Below, piece by piece: positions 51,659 through 63,570 of a stretch of DNA of 64,000 nt; the first letter of the stretch is position 1; every line of letters begins with the position of its first letter. Origin of the DNA: Octopus sinensis (lineage: Eukaryota); assembly GCF_006345805.1 (NCBI RefSeq), contig NW_021835998.1, positions 62,001-126,000 on the forward strand, in the 5' to 3' direction. Position numbers and translations under genes: made by a program. Under the pieces are notes generated by a model that saw only the letters and a list, made by a program, of their open reading frames with translations, did not search any database and was not told the DNA's origin.

Positions 51659-52184
51659 TATTAGGATGCATTTGAAGATTATTTTAGCTGGTTTGTTAAA
51701 ATTGCTTACATTTTTAATATAAAAAATAGACGAGGCGATAAATGGTACAAAAAATGTTAATATTGGCCATAACTAAACAAAATACAATAAATCATGAATA
51801 AAACCATGTTCCAAGGATTATATTTTCCATTAAACGAAAAGCAGAAAGACGACATAAAAAGTGCACAAAAATTTTAATATATATTAAATTTGTTATATTT
51901 ATAAAATTGATATATTTTTTAATAAAATTTAATTTAAAATAAGTTATTCATTTTCACAAAGAATTTTTTCTCGGTTCATTTTAACATTTTTAGTATCTAG
52001 AATTTAATTTTATTGATCATTTTTAGAGTAAATTTCTTTAAAAATATAAAAAAAGAAAACTTTTTCGGCACATTCATATTTAAATGAAACTAAAATATGC
52101 ACAAACTTATTTTCTTATAAACTGTCTTATTTGAAAACTTAGATCATTAAATGAAAGTTTCGAGGCACAATTAACCAATTGTCG

Positions 52185-52500
52185 CTTTGGTCTGCACGCG
52201 CTATCGTGTAGAAACAAACTGGTCGTATCCTGCGGCACGCTGATTCAAATGATCTTATCAGGAGAGCCTTAGAAGTCGCCGAAATCCCCTCAATACTCGA
52301 AACTACTGGGATCGATTGGGGGACGGGAAGAGACCCGACGGGATTACTGTATTTCCCTTCATCAGAGGGAAGCCACATACCTGGGACGCCACGTTTGTGG
52401 ACTCATTTTCACCTGAGAACCTGCTGATGCTCGCATCCACCCCTAAATCAATTGCTACTACTGCATTTTATGAGAAACAAAAAACTGTGGGTTACTTACC
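52185..52500 (+). mobile_element. CRE-like 3' fragment
   Basis: Encodes RHADSNDLIRRAL..DGKRPDGITVFPF..WDAT. Confidence 0.8.
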
Positions 52501-52869
52501 ATAAATACAATTAACCGACAAATCATTAATCTGATTTATTAGGTTTATAATGTCGTATTAAAGTGAAGATAGATAAATTTTGTTGATCGCAGGCCGTACA
52601 TTCCGTTGTGCTTGGTTTGAAAGTGACATATTAGATTATATTTCGTGAACACGGTAACTGTTTCATAAAAAATTACACATGGAGGTTTGAATCCGCCTTT
52701 ATTGAAAAAATATCATTGAATTTATTTTTTTATTAAAAACAAGGCAGTAATCCCTCTGCCGAATTTAGTTTGCCTACACCTGTATTTTTGTCTCCTTTCA
52801 TTTATTTAGAAAAATGCAACAATAAATATTTACAAGAACGAAATACTGATTAAAGAAGAAAATTCAGCT

Positions 52870-53880
52870 TATTACGCCAAACTTCATCTGTACCGGTTTT
52901 GCCAGCAAACCGAGGCACCAAAAGACCGTGCTCTGCTCCGTCGACATCCATAAAGCCTTCGACTCCGTCTCGAGGAAGCTCCTCTCAAGGAAGATATTCC
53001 AATCCGAATTTCCTCCGAAGCTAAAAATATGGATTACCAACTCCCTAAGTGGATGAAGGGGAATGGTGTGCCTCGGTGGTCTGAAGTCCAAATCTCGTCT
53101 TCTACCCAACGGAGTACCTCAGGGATTCCCCTTATCCCCGGCGCTCTTCAACCTATATTTGGAAGACCTCCCTCCCTCGACAACAATGACATTGTTTTCT
53201 CATACGCGGACGACATCGTACTAGCCTCACGGGACCGGAACATCCAGAAGGCCTCTGAAAGGCTCCAAGCTAACTTGGATCGGTTGAACCTATGGCTGAC
53301 GGACAACCGGCGAAGAAAACGCGGCGAAGTCCGTCACGTCCCTCTTCACCTCGGAAAAAAGATTGGGAAGGACTTCATTCGAATTAAAGCTGAATAACAT
53401 GTCCGTACCCTTCTACAGGAGTCAGACGGTCCTAGGGGTAACCTTCGACATGCACCTCTGTTTCTCCCCACATGCAGACAACCTCCTTCGCAAATGCGGA
53501 AAAAAGTTGAACATCCTACGAACTCTATCCGGAATATGGAAAAACGGGTCGCACCCGGTACTGGCGAATATCTACCGCCAGTACTTCGAACCTTTTATTG
53601 CCTACGCCTACGGATCATGGGGTCCGCGGTTATCGTGGTCCAACAGGAGGCGAATCGAGGAGCCCCAACAAAGGGCCCTCAGATTAACCGATCGTTGGTC
53701 GCATGATAGCCAACGCCCCGGTCCAGCTTCTCTGGAAGACCTCATCAAGCTGAACCTCAGCCCGTCAGCGAATGCTCCGCCAAAAACGGCCTGCCGCTTG
53801 GTGCGATCTTGTATGGGCTCGTGGAAAGATCACCAAGCGAGGATGAAATCCCTGGTTGAGTCCATCGGGATCACGTGACG
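52870..53880 (+). mobile_element. Degenerate LINE RT (I-like)
   Basis: DIHKAFDSV, NGVPQG, YADDIVL, VLGVTFD. Confidence 0.8.
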
Positions 53881-54099
53881 TTTGTTCGGTTTTTAGCGTG
53901 GTTTTGGTGATTTAATAAATAAATAAAGTCTTTACTGAAAGAAAAACTCAAAAAGCGTTCAATGTTTATTTTTCTTTAGATTCTTAAACTTTTAAAATTC
54001 AAATCCTGTATGCAATGTCAAGAGTATAATGTTTTAAGCCGAGAAAATTTTCAAGACAAACGACCTCCAATTAAGTACAAAAGCCTCCCGTTACGTACA

Positions 54100-54830
54100 A
54101 AAACCACCCTGTAGATTATAAAATACAGAAGACACTTTTGGATCTTTGTCTACACAAAAAATGTTTTCTCTTGTTTGATAGATAGGAAAACCGAAGGGAA
54201 TATAAACAGGTATTAATAGCACTACGGATTTCATTGGCGACGATAAAGCATATGCAACACAATAAATCAAATCCCTGGAAAGGTGTCTCAATTTCGTTAT
54301 ATTCAAAGCTGCCTTTTTTGTTTTCAAGGTGGCTCACAATGCTTTTAAATTCATCGTCAAGGAAATCCGGCAATATTTTCCTTGCTCAGCCTCTGAAGCG
54401 TGATGCGTCCAAAACAATGTGATCTTCCATGTCCACGTTCACGGAGGCATTCATTTTCATCCTGAGAAATTTAATAACTTTCATTTTTACGTAAAATTCT
54501 ATGCAAGCGAGCCAGATCTTCTCCTGTTTGTGAGTAGTTCGTAAGTAAGTGTTTTACTACCGTAATATCATTTGCTTCAGCAAGGCGGGAGCCCAGTTTC
54601 TTAGTTTTCCGCCTTGGTTTTTTGGTATGGTCTTTTTTTCTAATCAGCTCCGTGATCTCTATTCCCTCTATGTTTACATTTAGTGACCAGTCTAACAGCT
54701 TGTCTGGTATCTTCTAAATTAGGATCTCGAGCTCTTTTTTATTGTTGGATATAATCTGCAAGGGCGATCATAGTTGTTTCTATTTGAAGAACTAGTCTCA
54801 GGTCTCGAAGAGCACCTCAGAGTAGACAAA
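54100..54830 (-). mobile_element. Possible degenerate RT-like remnant
   Basis: IISNNKKELEIL..DWSLNVN..KKLGS weakly resembles RT domains 5-7. Confidence 0.3.
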
Positions 54831-55430
54831 AAACAGAATATGAAATATTGGATCTTATTGTGGCTGCCAAAAAATATTCTATAGATAAATTGAGCTAAAA
54901 TATATCAATATATTCATAGATTCGAAAATAGAATCAAACCAAATGATTGCGATTTAAGTGCGGTTTTAATTCTTATCAAAAAATATTTTGATAAAGACCA
55001 TTTTTTGCCCATCAAATCATTAAAATTCATTTGTTATAATAAAAAATTTTAAGGATACAAAAAATGAATTGTAATCTTAAATTATGATTTTTATTTTAAA
55101 AAATAAGTATGTGTGAGTATGTGATAATCTTTTAGCACAGACATGGAATAAAGGTAGACAAACGAGGAATACGCCTCTGCCGCCAATCAACTTGCGGAGC
55201 TGGCATGTCGTGAGAACACTCAGCAAAACAATTACTTTGACGCAGAAATGAAAAATGATGAGAATTTTGTTGCAAACTCTTTTTCCAAGCGAAGAAGAGA
55301 AACCACTGACGATCTGGATTCTTTAATAATTTAAGATAGAATTTACATAATTAATTTATGATATAATATCTTAATTTTGTGATAAATTTTTTATCCATAT
55401 TTGGATGATCACAACGTTAAATGATATATA

Positions 55431-55620
55431 CACCCCTCGTCACCGAAAACCGGACAAGCCATTTTTTATGATTTTATTAATTAGATACGAAAAATCAAAA
55501 ACTTAAGCTTAATATTTTTACTTAATAATAATTGTGTAATAATTATTAATTATACTATTATAGAACTAATATTTAAAACAGAATTTCAATTTACTGAAGA
55601 CATGTAAAACCGGACAAAAA
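55431..55620 (+). mobile_element. Solo Tc1-like end
   Basis: TA followed by CACCCCTCGTCACCGAAAACCGGACAAGCC shares a core with the 21991 TIR; the core repeats near 55606. Confidence 0.4.
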
Positions 55621-55849
55621 TAAAAACAAGTCATTTAGTAGTTAATATGTCCACCATTTGAACTGAAAATTTTATAACATCTATTTTTCATAGACATTAC
55701 TAGTTTTTTCAATAATTCTGGTGATATATTATTCCATATTTCTGTTAATTTGTTCTTTAGTTCATTTTTGTTTTTGACTACATTTTTTGATAATTCTCTC
55801 TTCATTTCTGTCCATAGATGTTCTATCGGGTTTAGATCCGGTGATCGAG

Positions 55850-56203
55850 CAGGCCATTGAAGTAAAATAATGTTTCTGCCAGTGTTGTGCTTTATTGCAA
55901 CTCTTGCACAGATGCAAGGTCCTTGTCATTCCTTGCGTGATGACATGGGAAGGAATTGTATCTAAGTACCACAAGGGTTATCTCAGGCAGTTGGGAGTCG
56001 ATAGGTACATTCAGGCCTATATGCAGTCCACTGTCCTGAAGAGAACTCTAGAAAGTGAATCTGTTGATGCGCGCAGATCCAGCCCCTTAATGCCACATGG
56101 GCAGAATTATTGGCTGAAAAATGCTCTCACAGAGCTATTCCTTTGTCCAGAAGCAGAAGAGGCTGGTCTCCAAACTTCAGATGTGGACGTGTTGTTGGAT
56201 TAA
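55850..56203 (+). mobile_element. R4-like extreme 3' fragment
   Basis: Encodes IPCVMTWEGIVSKYH..YMQSTVLKRTLES. Confidence 0.8.
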
Positions 56204-56457
56204 ATGAGCTACAATGGAAACTTTTTCTACGAGAATAAATTTATTCTTCCATATATCGGAATTACAACAATAGATATTACAAGAAATTTCGTATTAAAAA
56301 TGATATGCCTGATAATTTTCCCCGTGGAAGTGATTATTTTAGTCCCATTAATCTAACAATTAGTCGATATTTTAAAAATCATGCGTGTTTTACATTCTAT
56401 TGTGCCACACTTTGATCTAGTATAACATTAATAGATAGCAATAGGGATTAAATAGGA

Positions 56458-56770
56458 AACAGGAAATGAACTGGAACAGCGACTCTCATCCTGTAATAAG
56501 ATTTTTTTTAACTTTTTTAAGGTTTCACCAGAGAGGAGAATGAGCAACAATTCTTATTACATACTCAACAGGAGACAGGAAATGAACTGGAACAGCGACG
56601 CTCCTGCTGTAATAAAATTTTTAAGATTACTCCTTGGAATATCGATTTATATGACATAGGCAATAAGAGGCCAGATATGAACTGAGAGCGCAACTCCCCT
56701 CCTGTAATAAAATTTTTTTGAACTTTTTTGAAGGTTTGTGCAAAGAAGTGAGAATAAACAAACAAATTCG
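56458..56770. repeat. Three degenerate direct repeats (~50-bp core, ~100-115-bp period)
   Basis: Cores CAGGAAATGAACTGGAACAGCGAC..CTGTAATAA at ~56460 and ~56576; a more diverged core at ~56672. Confidence 0.75.
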
Positions 56771-57483
56771 CAAAAACGAATGACAAGTTCACATGCCAGA
56801 AGAGATGAAGGCATCTTTCAAATCTATTGCTTTGGCAATCAAAAATATTACAAACAAGTCAAATAAAAGAAATGTCCTGTCAAATAAAATAAATATTTAT
56901 ATTATATCCATGTTAAATGTTCTGACACTCTAATAAAAAATAAAATAACAGTGTTGAGAAATTTAAAAAAAATATATAAACAGATTATAGGAATAAACTC
57001 AAAAAATACCACATGATGAATTTCCAGATAATGTAAACATTAAAAAAATCACATCACAGATCATTCCTATAAAATCCATTTATATAAAAAAAATAAAGTG
57101 CGAATTAAATAATAAACATCAATTCCAACAAACACATTAATAATACACGTGTAATCAATAATACTAAAATTTATAAAAGATTTATAAAGGATTATTCAAA
57201 CTACTCCCAGAGATTTGTTCTTTTCGACGGATATCGTTCTCGATATTACTTGTGGTTGTTCTTACCTGATTCGTATCTCCTATTTATATTAAAATGCTAT
57301 TACATAATCGTTGTTGCCTAATAGTTATCACACCTTTTATTATTCCAAAAAAAATTGTCTATTTTGACAAACCAAGAGTATTTTCCGTCTAATGGACACC
57401 CAGTCACTTCCACTGAGGGGTCTTAACTAAGCAATAGAAACTGTGAGGAAATCCAAATAATGAAATTAGTAATAAATCAAATG

Positions 57484-59010
57484 TTAATAGTTCATAGCGC
57501 ATATCATGGCCACTCCGCGCTTTATCCAGTAATCTGGTTTTTCCTAACTACTTAGATCTATCGAAAAAACAAAGTTGGTGGAATGTCTCGTGGTGGACAG
57601 AGTTCCTACACATTCCTCCACCACATGACACACCAGCTCTCGTCAGTGTCTGATAAACTGGACACACGTAAAAGGATTTTTATTTTCTGTCGGAATCAGC
57701 CAGATTGGAAGCATTTCCACATACAGTTTCTTCGATTTCGAATCTATCAGACGTACCCAGTCCAATCGACTTCCCTTTATAAACAAGCCCGTAATTTAAG
57801 ACCCACTCGAAGGAGGACTGAATATATCCTCTCCTTCCAACACCTACACTGTGATTTCGGCCATACTTTAAACGAGGAACTTATTTTGTCAATTGAAATC
57901 ACGGGCCTACGAGCATAGTTTTAAAGAGTTCCGTCAAGAAAGCCTGCGGAAAAAAGAAACCCGAAATCCAAAACAACTAAGCATAATGCTTTTATAAGAC
58001 CTTTGGAATCCTACCATTTATCCAATCGCCGATGAAACTCGGCCGGTCCACCAAGTCTGTCATCCAGGCAGAGAGTGATTTGAGTGAGGGATATCCCTAA
58101 AAACTAAAAAACAGAGAATACATATTTTTCCCACATCAAAGGGACTCGATTAGTGTAAAAACTCTGTGCCATGTCCTCCAACTCCTAGGACATGACGACC
58201 AGTTCTTTGACGGCCTTGAGTAAGTCTTCCAAACACCTTCTAATGACACCAAGAAGACGATTATAACTGACATATAATATTCTCCACTACCGAATAGCTT
58301 CTTGGACGAGGACAGTGTTCATTGACTTTTCGTAAAGGACGGGGTACTTTGAGGATATTTCCACAATGCTGAATTCGAGGGGGAGAATGGCGAGGATATC
58401 TCTGGCAAGTTTGTCCACAACCTTAATCATAAACTAATAAACAGACATTTTCAGACGAGTCTTCTCCGCCGGATGAGCTCTGTGGTTGTATTGTGATGAG
58501 GCAGTTAAGAATTCTGGCAGTTTCGTTTTGTGCGAATGTGATATCTGCATTCTCGTGCAGTCCGAATATCTCCGGGCTATCATTGATAGGCAGGTCTCTT
58601 ATATAAGTCAAATAGCCCTGCCAACTAAAATCAGTAACCTCACTCTGTGGTCCGTCGAAGGATGAGGTTGGAAAAATACTCCTGTTTTGGAAAAAGTGTA
58701 TTTCTCTTCAAGGACACAGTCGTTGTAAAAGTCCGCCAGCAAGTAGGCGACTGTCCTTCTGTCCCAGTTGTTGGTGACTCGTCCGCCGTAATTTATCTCC
58801 CCGGCAGTGTACTTAAAGACTTGTTTTTATATAAATATGGCTATAAAACTTTGAACGAGATTTCTTTGCTTTCCATTAAAAACATTTTCAACTGACTAAT
58901 ACATATCCGCAAGTCTCCGTCTGTGAAGTAGTAAGGAATGTTAAATCCCAGGGACCCAAATTTCTTTCTCTCCAAGATAACTCTATGAAACAAGCTAAGT
59001 GAGGAGAGCA
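57484..59010 (-). pseudogene. C-terminal fragment of an axonemal dynein heavy chain (DNAH1-like), intron-retaining, multiple stops
   Basis: ERKKFGSLGFNIPY.FTDGDLRICISQL, GEINYGGRVT, PEIFGLHENADITFAQNET, SMNTVLVQE, FWISGFFFPQAFLTG, HSTNFV, YWIKRGVA; four in-frame stops and a frameshift; 5' portion absent. Confidence 0.88.
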
Positions 59011-59218
59011 GATTTTTAAACGCAGGAGTCTATTTAAAAAGGTCCACCAATTTTGAATATTTAAAATAATTAATGTCACAGGCTTGAAGGGACCCACCCT
59101 AATTAAATATTTCATAAACTTAAAAAAATAAATATTTAAAAGAAACAAAATTTAACTTAAGCTAGACTATTTAATTTAGATTCTCAGTCCCGATTATTGG
59201 GAATCTCTCTCCTCCTTT

Positions 59219-60547
59219 TAGGAGAAGAGTTTTTAAAATTTTTGACGTTCCAAGATTTTGAATGTCAGGTGAAAACGTAAACGATCTGACAAATCTCTCA
59301 TCTTTCTTTTTGAAAAAGAGAAGGCTTGGGAAAACTGTACTTTTCCTACAAAAACAGGACTTTCATTGCAACGCCGTACTGTAAACAAAGCGATGATTTT
59401 TACAAAAAATCGACTACAAAGTCTTTGAGTGACTTGGTTGAAAAAGAATGCTATCTTCGGAATATAAGCTGATGCACGTGGGAGCAGTTTGCACCTTGCT
59501 GCGCAGCGAAATTTTTTTCTGCGCAGTAGAAAGTATAATATTAAAAATTGCTATTTTTTTTAATTTTTTATATGAATTTATATATTCTTATTTTCATTTC
59601 AAAACGAAAACGTGTCTATAATATTGATATGAGACTTAAGAAAAATTGTCCTTCTTTTAAGCCGGAATGGTTGATAGAGTACGTCGAAACCTTAACACCA
59701 GATTCAAAAATTCCCCAACATGTGCAACTGGGTGATATTTTTAGTTTTTCCGAAGACTGCGGAGTTGTTTGTAAAATATTTGGATGGAAATGGAATTTAC
59801 TGGAGTGACAGTGTGAAGATGTTGTTATCAACAACTGGTTATGGAGATACAAATACAGATGAAATCCTATGCTTTATCGAGCATGTTTATCTGCATTTAC
59901 AAGAAAGATTTCCAGCTGACGAATTAAGAGAATGAGTAGCATTTGACACTCAAGCAATTCAAAATCAGACAAACTTTGAATTTGGAAAAGAAGAGATAAT
60001 TAAATTAGCGAAAAAATATGAAAATTTACTCTCTTCAGAAGTCCCACTCATAAAACTGCAGTCGGAATATACAGATCTCAAGTTTATTTTAAAAGAAAAA
60101 CTGCACTCTGGTGCGTTGAAAACATTTGAAGATGTAATTTACTATATACTAGTGGAGAAAAAATTTTCAGCCACTGCAACATTTGTGGATATTTGTGGCA
60201 CATTTCAAGCGTCGAGTGCTGATGCTGAACGTGGATTTAGTTTGATGAACTGTATCAAAACTAAACTACGTAATAGACTTGAGATTGACCATTTGGAGAT
60301 GATCATGCGAATCAAGTTCTATTTAACAAGTGGGAATACAGTGGATCTTGATCGAGTATACAAATTTTGGATACAAAATAAAAACAGAAGAGAATATCCA
60401 ATTGACTAGACCTATTTTTTTAACCATTGGTTTTTTAATTGTAAAATTTTCCCCCTCCCAAAAATTTTTTGCACACGTCACTTTATAACGCTGCACAATG
60501 CAATGTGCCCAGCGCGCATAGCTACCACTCGCTTAGAGGGAACACTG
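59219..60547 (+). mobile_element. Second copy of the 35869 hAT derivative, lacking the left TIR
   Basis: Near-identical to 35886-37188 apart from a different internal segment; right TIR intact. Confidence 0.9.
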
Positions 60548-60585
60548 CTCATGAAGTTCAACCTCCACAATACCCACATAATAAT

Positions 60586-62258
60586 TGTCGTAAGTTATAA
60601 TGTCTAGGCCCGTTCTAAGTGTCCGGAGTGATAAATCGGATTTATCACTCCAAATCATCTAAATTCTTTGTTTAAGATCTGAAATTCTTAATGATTACTT
60701 TTGTTAATTCAATAATTTTTTAAATTATTAAAATTTGAAAAAAGTAACTCAGTTAACAAGAACGCGGAAATTAAACAAAGAAATTTTCATCAATCAGGTG
60801 ATTGAGCGTCATAGTAACGAACATAAAAATGTAAGATTACTCTATGCGAATTTTTTTTCACAATTAACCTCAATTAATTCAATTCAAATCCTTTAGTTTT
60901 ATAACTATTTGTTGATTGCTAAAAAGACTATAAAATATAGATATTGACTAAATCGAAAACCGAAACTAAACATAAAAATAGATAATAAAATTTACAAACA
61001 TTGTCCCAAACAGTCTCGTATAATATAAATTCAGTTTTCAACAGAGTCTGTATTTAACCGCTACATATGATTCTGTGCAAACTCTTCCGGTCCTTATTTA
61101 TGTGACGAAAAGGGTTTAGACGAGATGACCTTCTTCCAGTATAGAAGCAACGTCTCCTATGTCGAATAAAACAAAGCAAAAGTTCACTTATATTATGAAA
61201 CAATTTTTAAAAAACATTACAAATTGATTGAATATAAAATGAAAATGTAATTTTTTAAAAGTTAATTTTTTTAATCATTGACTTTGGAATTGTCTTCCTT
61301 TCACCAGATGTGCAATTCTCAACGAGAACGGAATGCAGAGAAACTTCTTCCACTACTAGAAATTGTTCCTTGCTAAAAAAACTAGTGAGTGGATATTTTC
61401 TTGTTTTTATATTTTTATCGAAATCAATTTTAATTGTAACATTATCTCCAATTGTGATATCTTTTTTTCGAAAATTTTTATTTGCGTCTTCTGTAACTTT
61501 TCTTTTATACTTTTAATTATGAGTTTTTACTTCTAAGGATAATTCCGTTTCTTCCGATTCTGAGTTAATCTCTTCTTCTTCGCCTCCACATGGCAAAATA
61601 TTAAAACCCGTTATTCCGTAAAATAGACTGGGTAAATAAAAAGAGACTAACCAAAATGGTGACTTTCCAGTTCCGCGATGACAAGTTATGTTGTATTTAT
61701 ACACCACCTTCTGTAGAATTTCTCTCCACCTTATATATTCTGTTGCGAACAAAGTCTTCCCCCACCAACGTTTGAGAGTTTGGTTATATCTTTCTATTTG
61801 TCCTTGAGATTGTGGGTGCCTTGGTCTTCCATATATCGGAGTTATTTTCCAATCATCAAAAAGTTTTGAAACTTCTTTGTTGCGGAATTCCTTTCCATTG
61901 TCCGAATGAAAATAAATTGGAGGACCGACAGTCTGGAATAAACTCTCAATTGCATTATAGATGCTTTGTGATGTTTTATTTTCTAACGCGAACTTTAAAA
62001 TATAGACATTTTATCCCCAATTCGACCCATTTCCTATCTAATTCAACAAAAATAAAATTTCAATTTTTTTGCCTACCAGAAAAACATGCGGGTACATTTT
62101 ACCAATAATTTCATCCGTATCCCCGTATAGGACGTTATTTAACCAAAATTAGGCGACACAAATAAAATTTATTCCCAAAATCATAATGATTTGGAGTGAT
62201 AAATCCGATTTATCACTCCGGACACTTAGAACTGGCCCGGACGCTATAACTTACGACA
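60586..62258 (-). mobile_element. Integrase-type (Ginger2/TDD-like) DNA transposon, internally deleted
   Basis: ~73-bp TIRs with TGT...ACA ends; 5-bp TSD ATAAT; rve core HSDNGKEF..GRPRHPQSQGQIERYNQTLK..YN.T.H..T.KSPF. Confidence 0.85.
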
Positions 62259-62454
62259 ATAATTAAGCAATCAAATGAGAGAATCATTCAATGCATAAAA
62301 TAAATTTATAGCATTTAGACAATCTTTACATAACATTGCTGCCCGCTCCCACATTCTCTCTATTATTTAGATCTTGGTTTCAGGAAGTATGAGCAATTTG
62401 CAGTTTTTTGTGACCCGAGGTATTTATAAGTTGTGCGGTCGGTCTTCCCACATA

Positions 62455-63415
62455 CAGTACCGCTCAAATGTTTCGGACCACCCTATTTTTCTCAATTTCC
62501 AAGTCAATCCTAAATTATTTTTATACGGTTCTTTAGAGAAACTTATTAGATAAGCTTAAATACATTTATTCTATTCTAAAATTTTCTTTAAATATTTTTG
62601 TTTGGCGCCAATTGAATATAATTGATTTTTGACTCGATCATATGTTCCGGACCAGTTGCAATCATATGTTTCGAACCAGTTAAATCTCTTTAAATTTAAA
62701 TAATTTTTGATTCAATTAAAAACAAAAGACTAATAAATAACAAATGCCGCGTGTTTCACTGGTTGATCGGGTCGCTATCATCACTTTTTTTAAAGATGGA
62801 GCTTCACAAAGAGAAATTGCCGAAAAATTAAAAATATCCAAAACTGCTGTTCAAAGAACAATTTCCAGATATTCATCCGTTGGACTATATTCCGACAGAC
62901 CCAAATCTGGTCGACCGAGATTGTTATCCCCAAGATCTGAACGCAAATTAGTGAGAATTTCGAAAGCAGACCCCACAAAAACGGCAAATCAAATTAAATT
63001 TGATATGAAATTAAATTCTATTGTAAGCACAAATACAATTAAAAGATGCCTACAAAGAAATAATTTGAATGGACGAAAGCAATGCCCAAAACCAAGTCTT
63101 TCCATATGCCATAAAAAGGCTAGAAAAAATTGGTGCATTGAGAAATTAACTTGGAGCCAAAATGATTGGGGTAAAATTATTTTTAGTGATGAATGCAAAA
63201 TAAATTTGCATTCAAACACAAAAATTATGTTAGAAGGCCACCAAACTCTAGATTTGACTCAAAATATTGTTTAAAAACACGAAAATTTTCTCCTAGCATT
63301 ATGGTCTGGGTACTGTAATCCTCCATCTGACTATCATCTCGAAATTTGGCTGTATTGGATTTAAAGTATTCATTTATGACATGACTCCACAGTGTTAAGC
63401 AATTTATCGTCAAAA
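62455..63415 (+). mobile_element. Tc1-like element, 3'-truncated
   Basis: TA+CAGTACCGCTCAAATGTTTCGGACC end; ORF 62744-63274 with paired-like HTH, SGRPR and IFSDECK; a frameshifted MVWG follows. Confidence 0.88.
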
Positions 63416-63570
63416 ATTATCCAACAGTTTTCATTTAAATTCTGTTTCATTTAAATTTTTATTGGACCATTAAATATTGAGTAAGTTCGGAGCTGTCGCT
63501 TATTGAATGAGTTCTTCTTTGCTTGTGTCCCCGGTATTGTATAGGAGAATAGGAAAAATAAACGTTTCAA

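Noticed and set aside
51471-51671. ORF with SGLG/SGLA repeats
   Set aside because: It is simply the translation of the telomere-like hexamer array.
52675-52705. tRNA B-box-like GGTTTGAATCC
   Set aside because: No A-box at a suitable distance and no cloverleaf.
56458-56770. CRISPR-like repeat-spacer array
   Set aside because: Only three long degenerate repeats, similarity extends into the 'spacers', the context is eukaryotic and there are no cas genes.
57484-59010. TAA/TAG reassigned to Gln (ciliate-type code), suggested by stops at Gln-like positions in dynein
   Set aside because: Intact genes use CAA/CAG for Gln and end in TAA/TGA at the expected places. The fragment also has a stop at a Tyr-like position and a frameshift, so it is a pseudogene.
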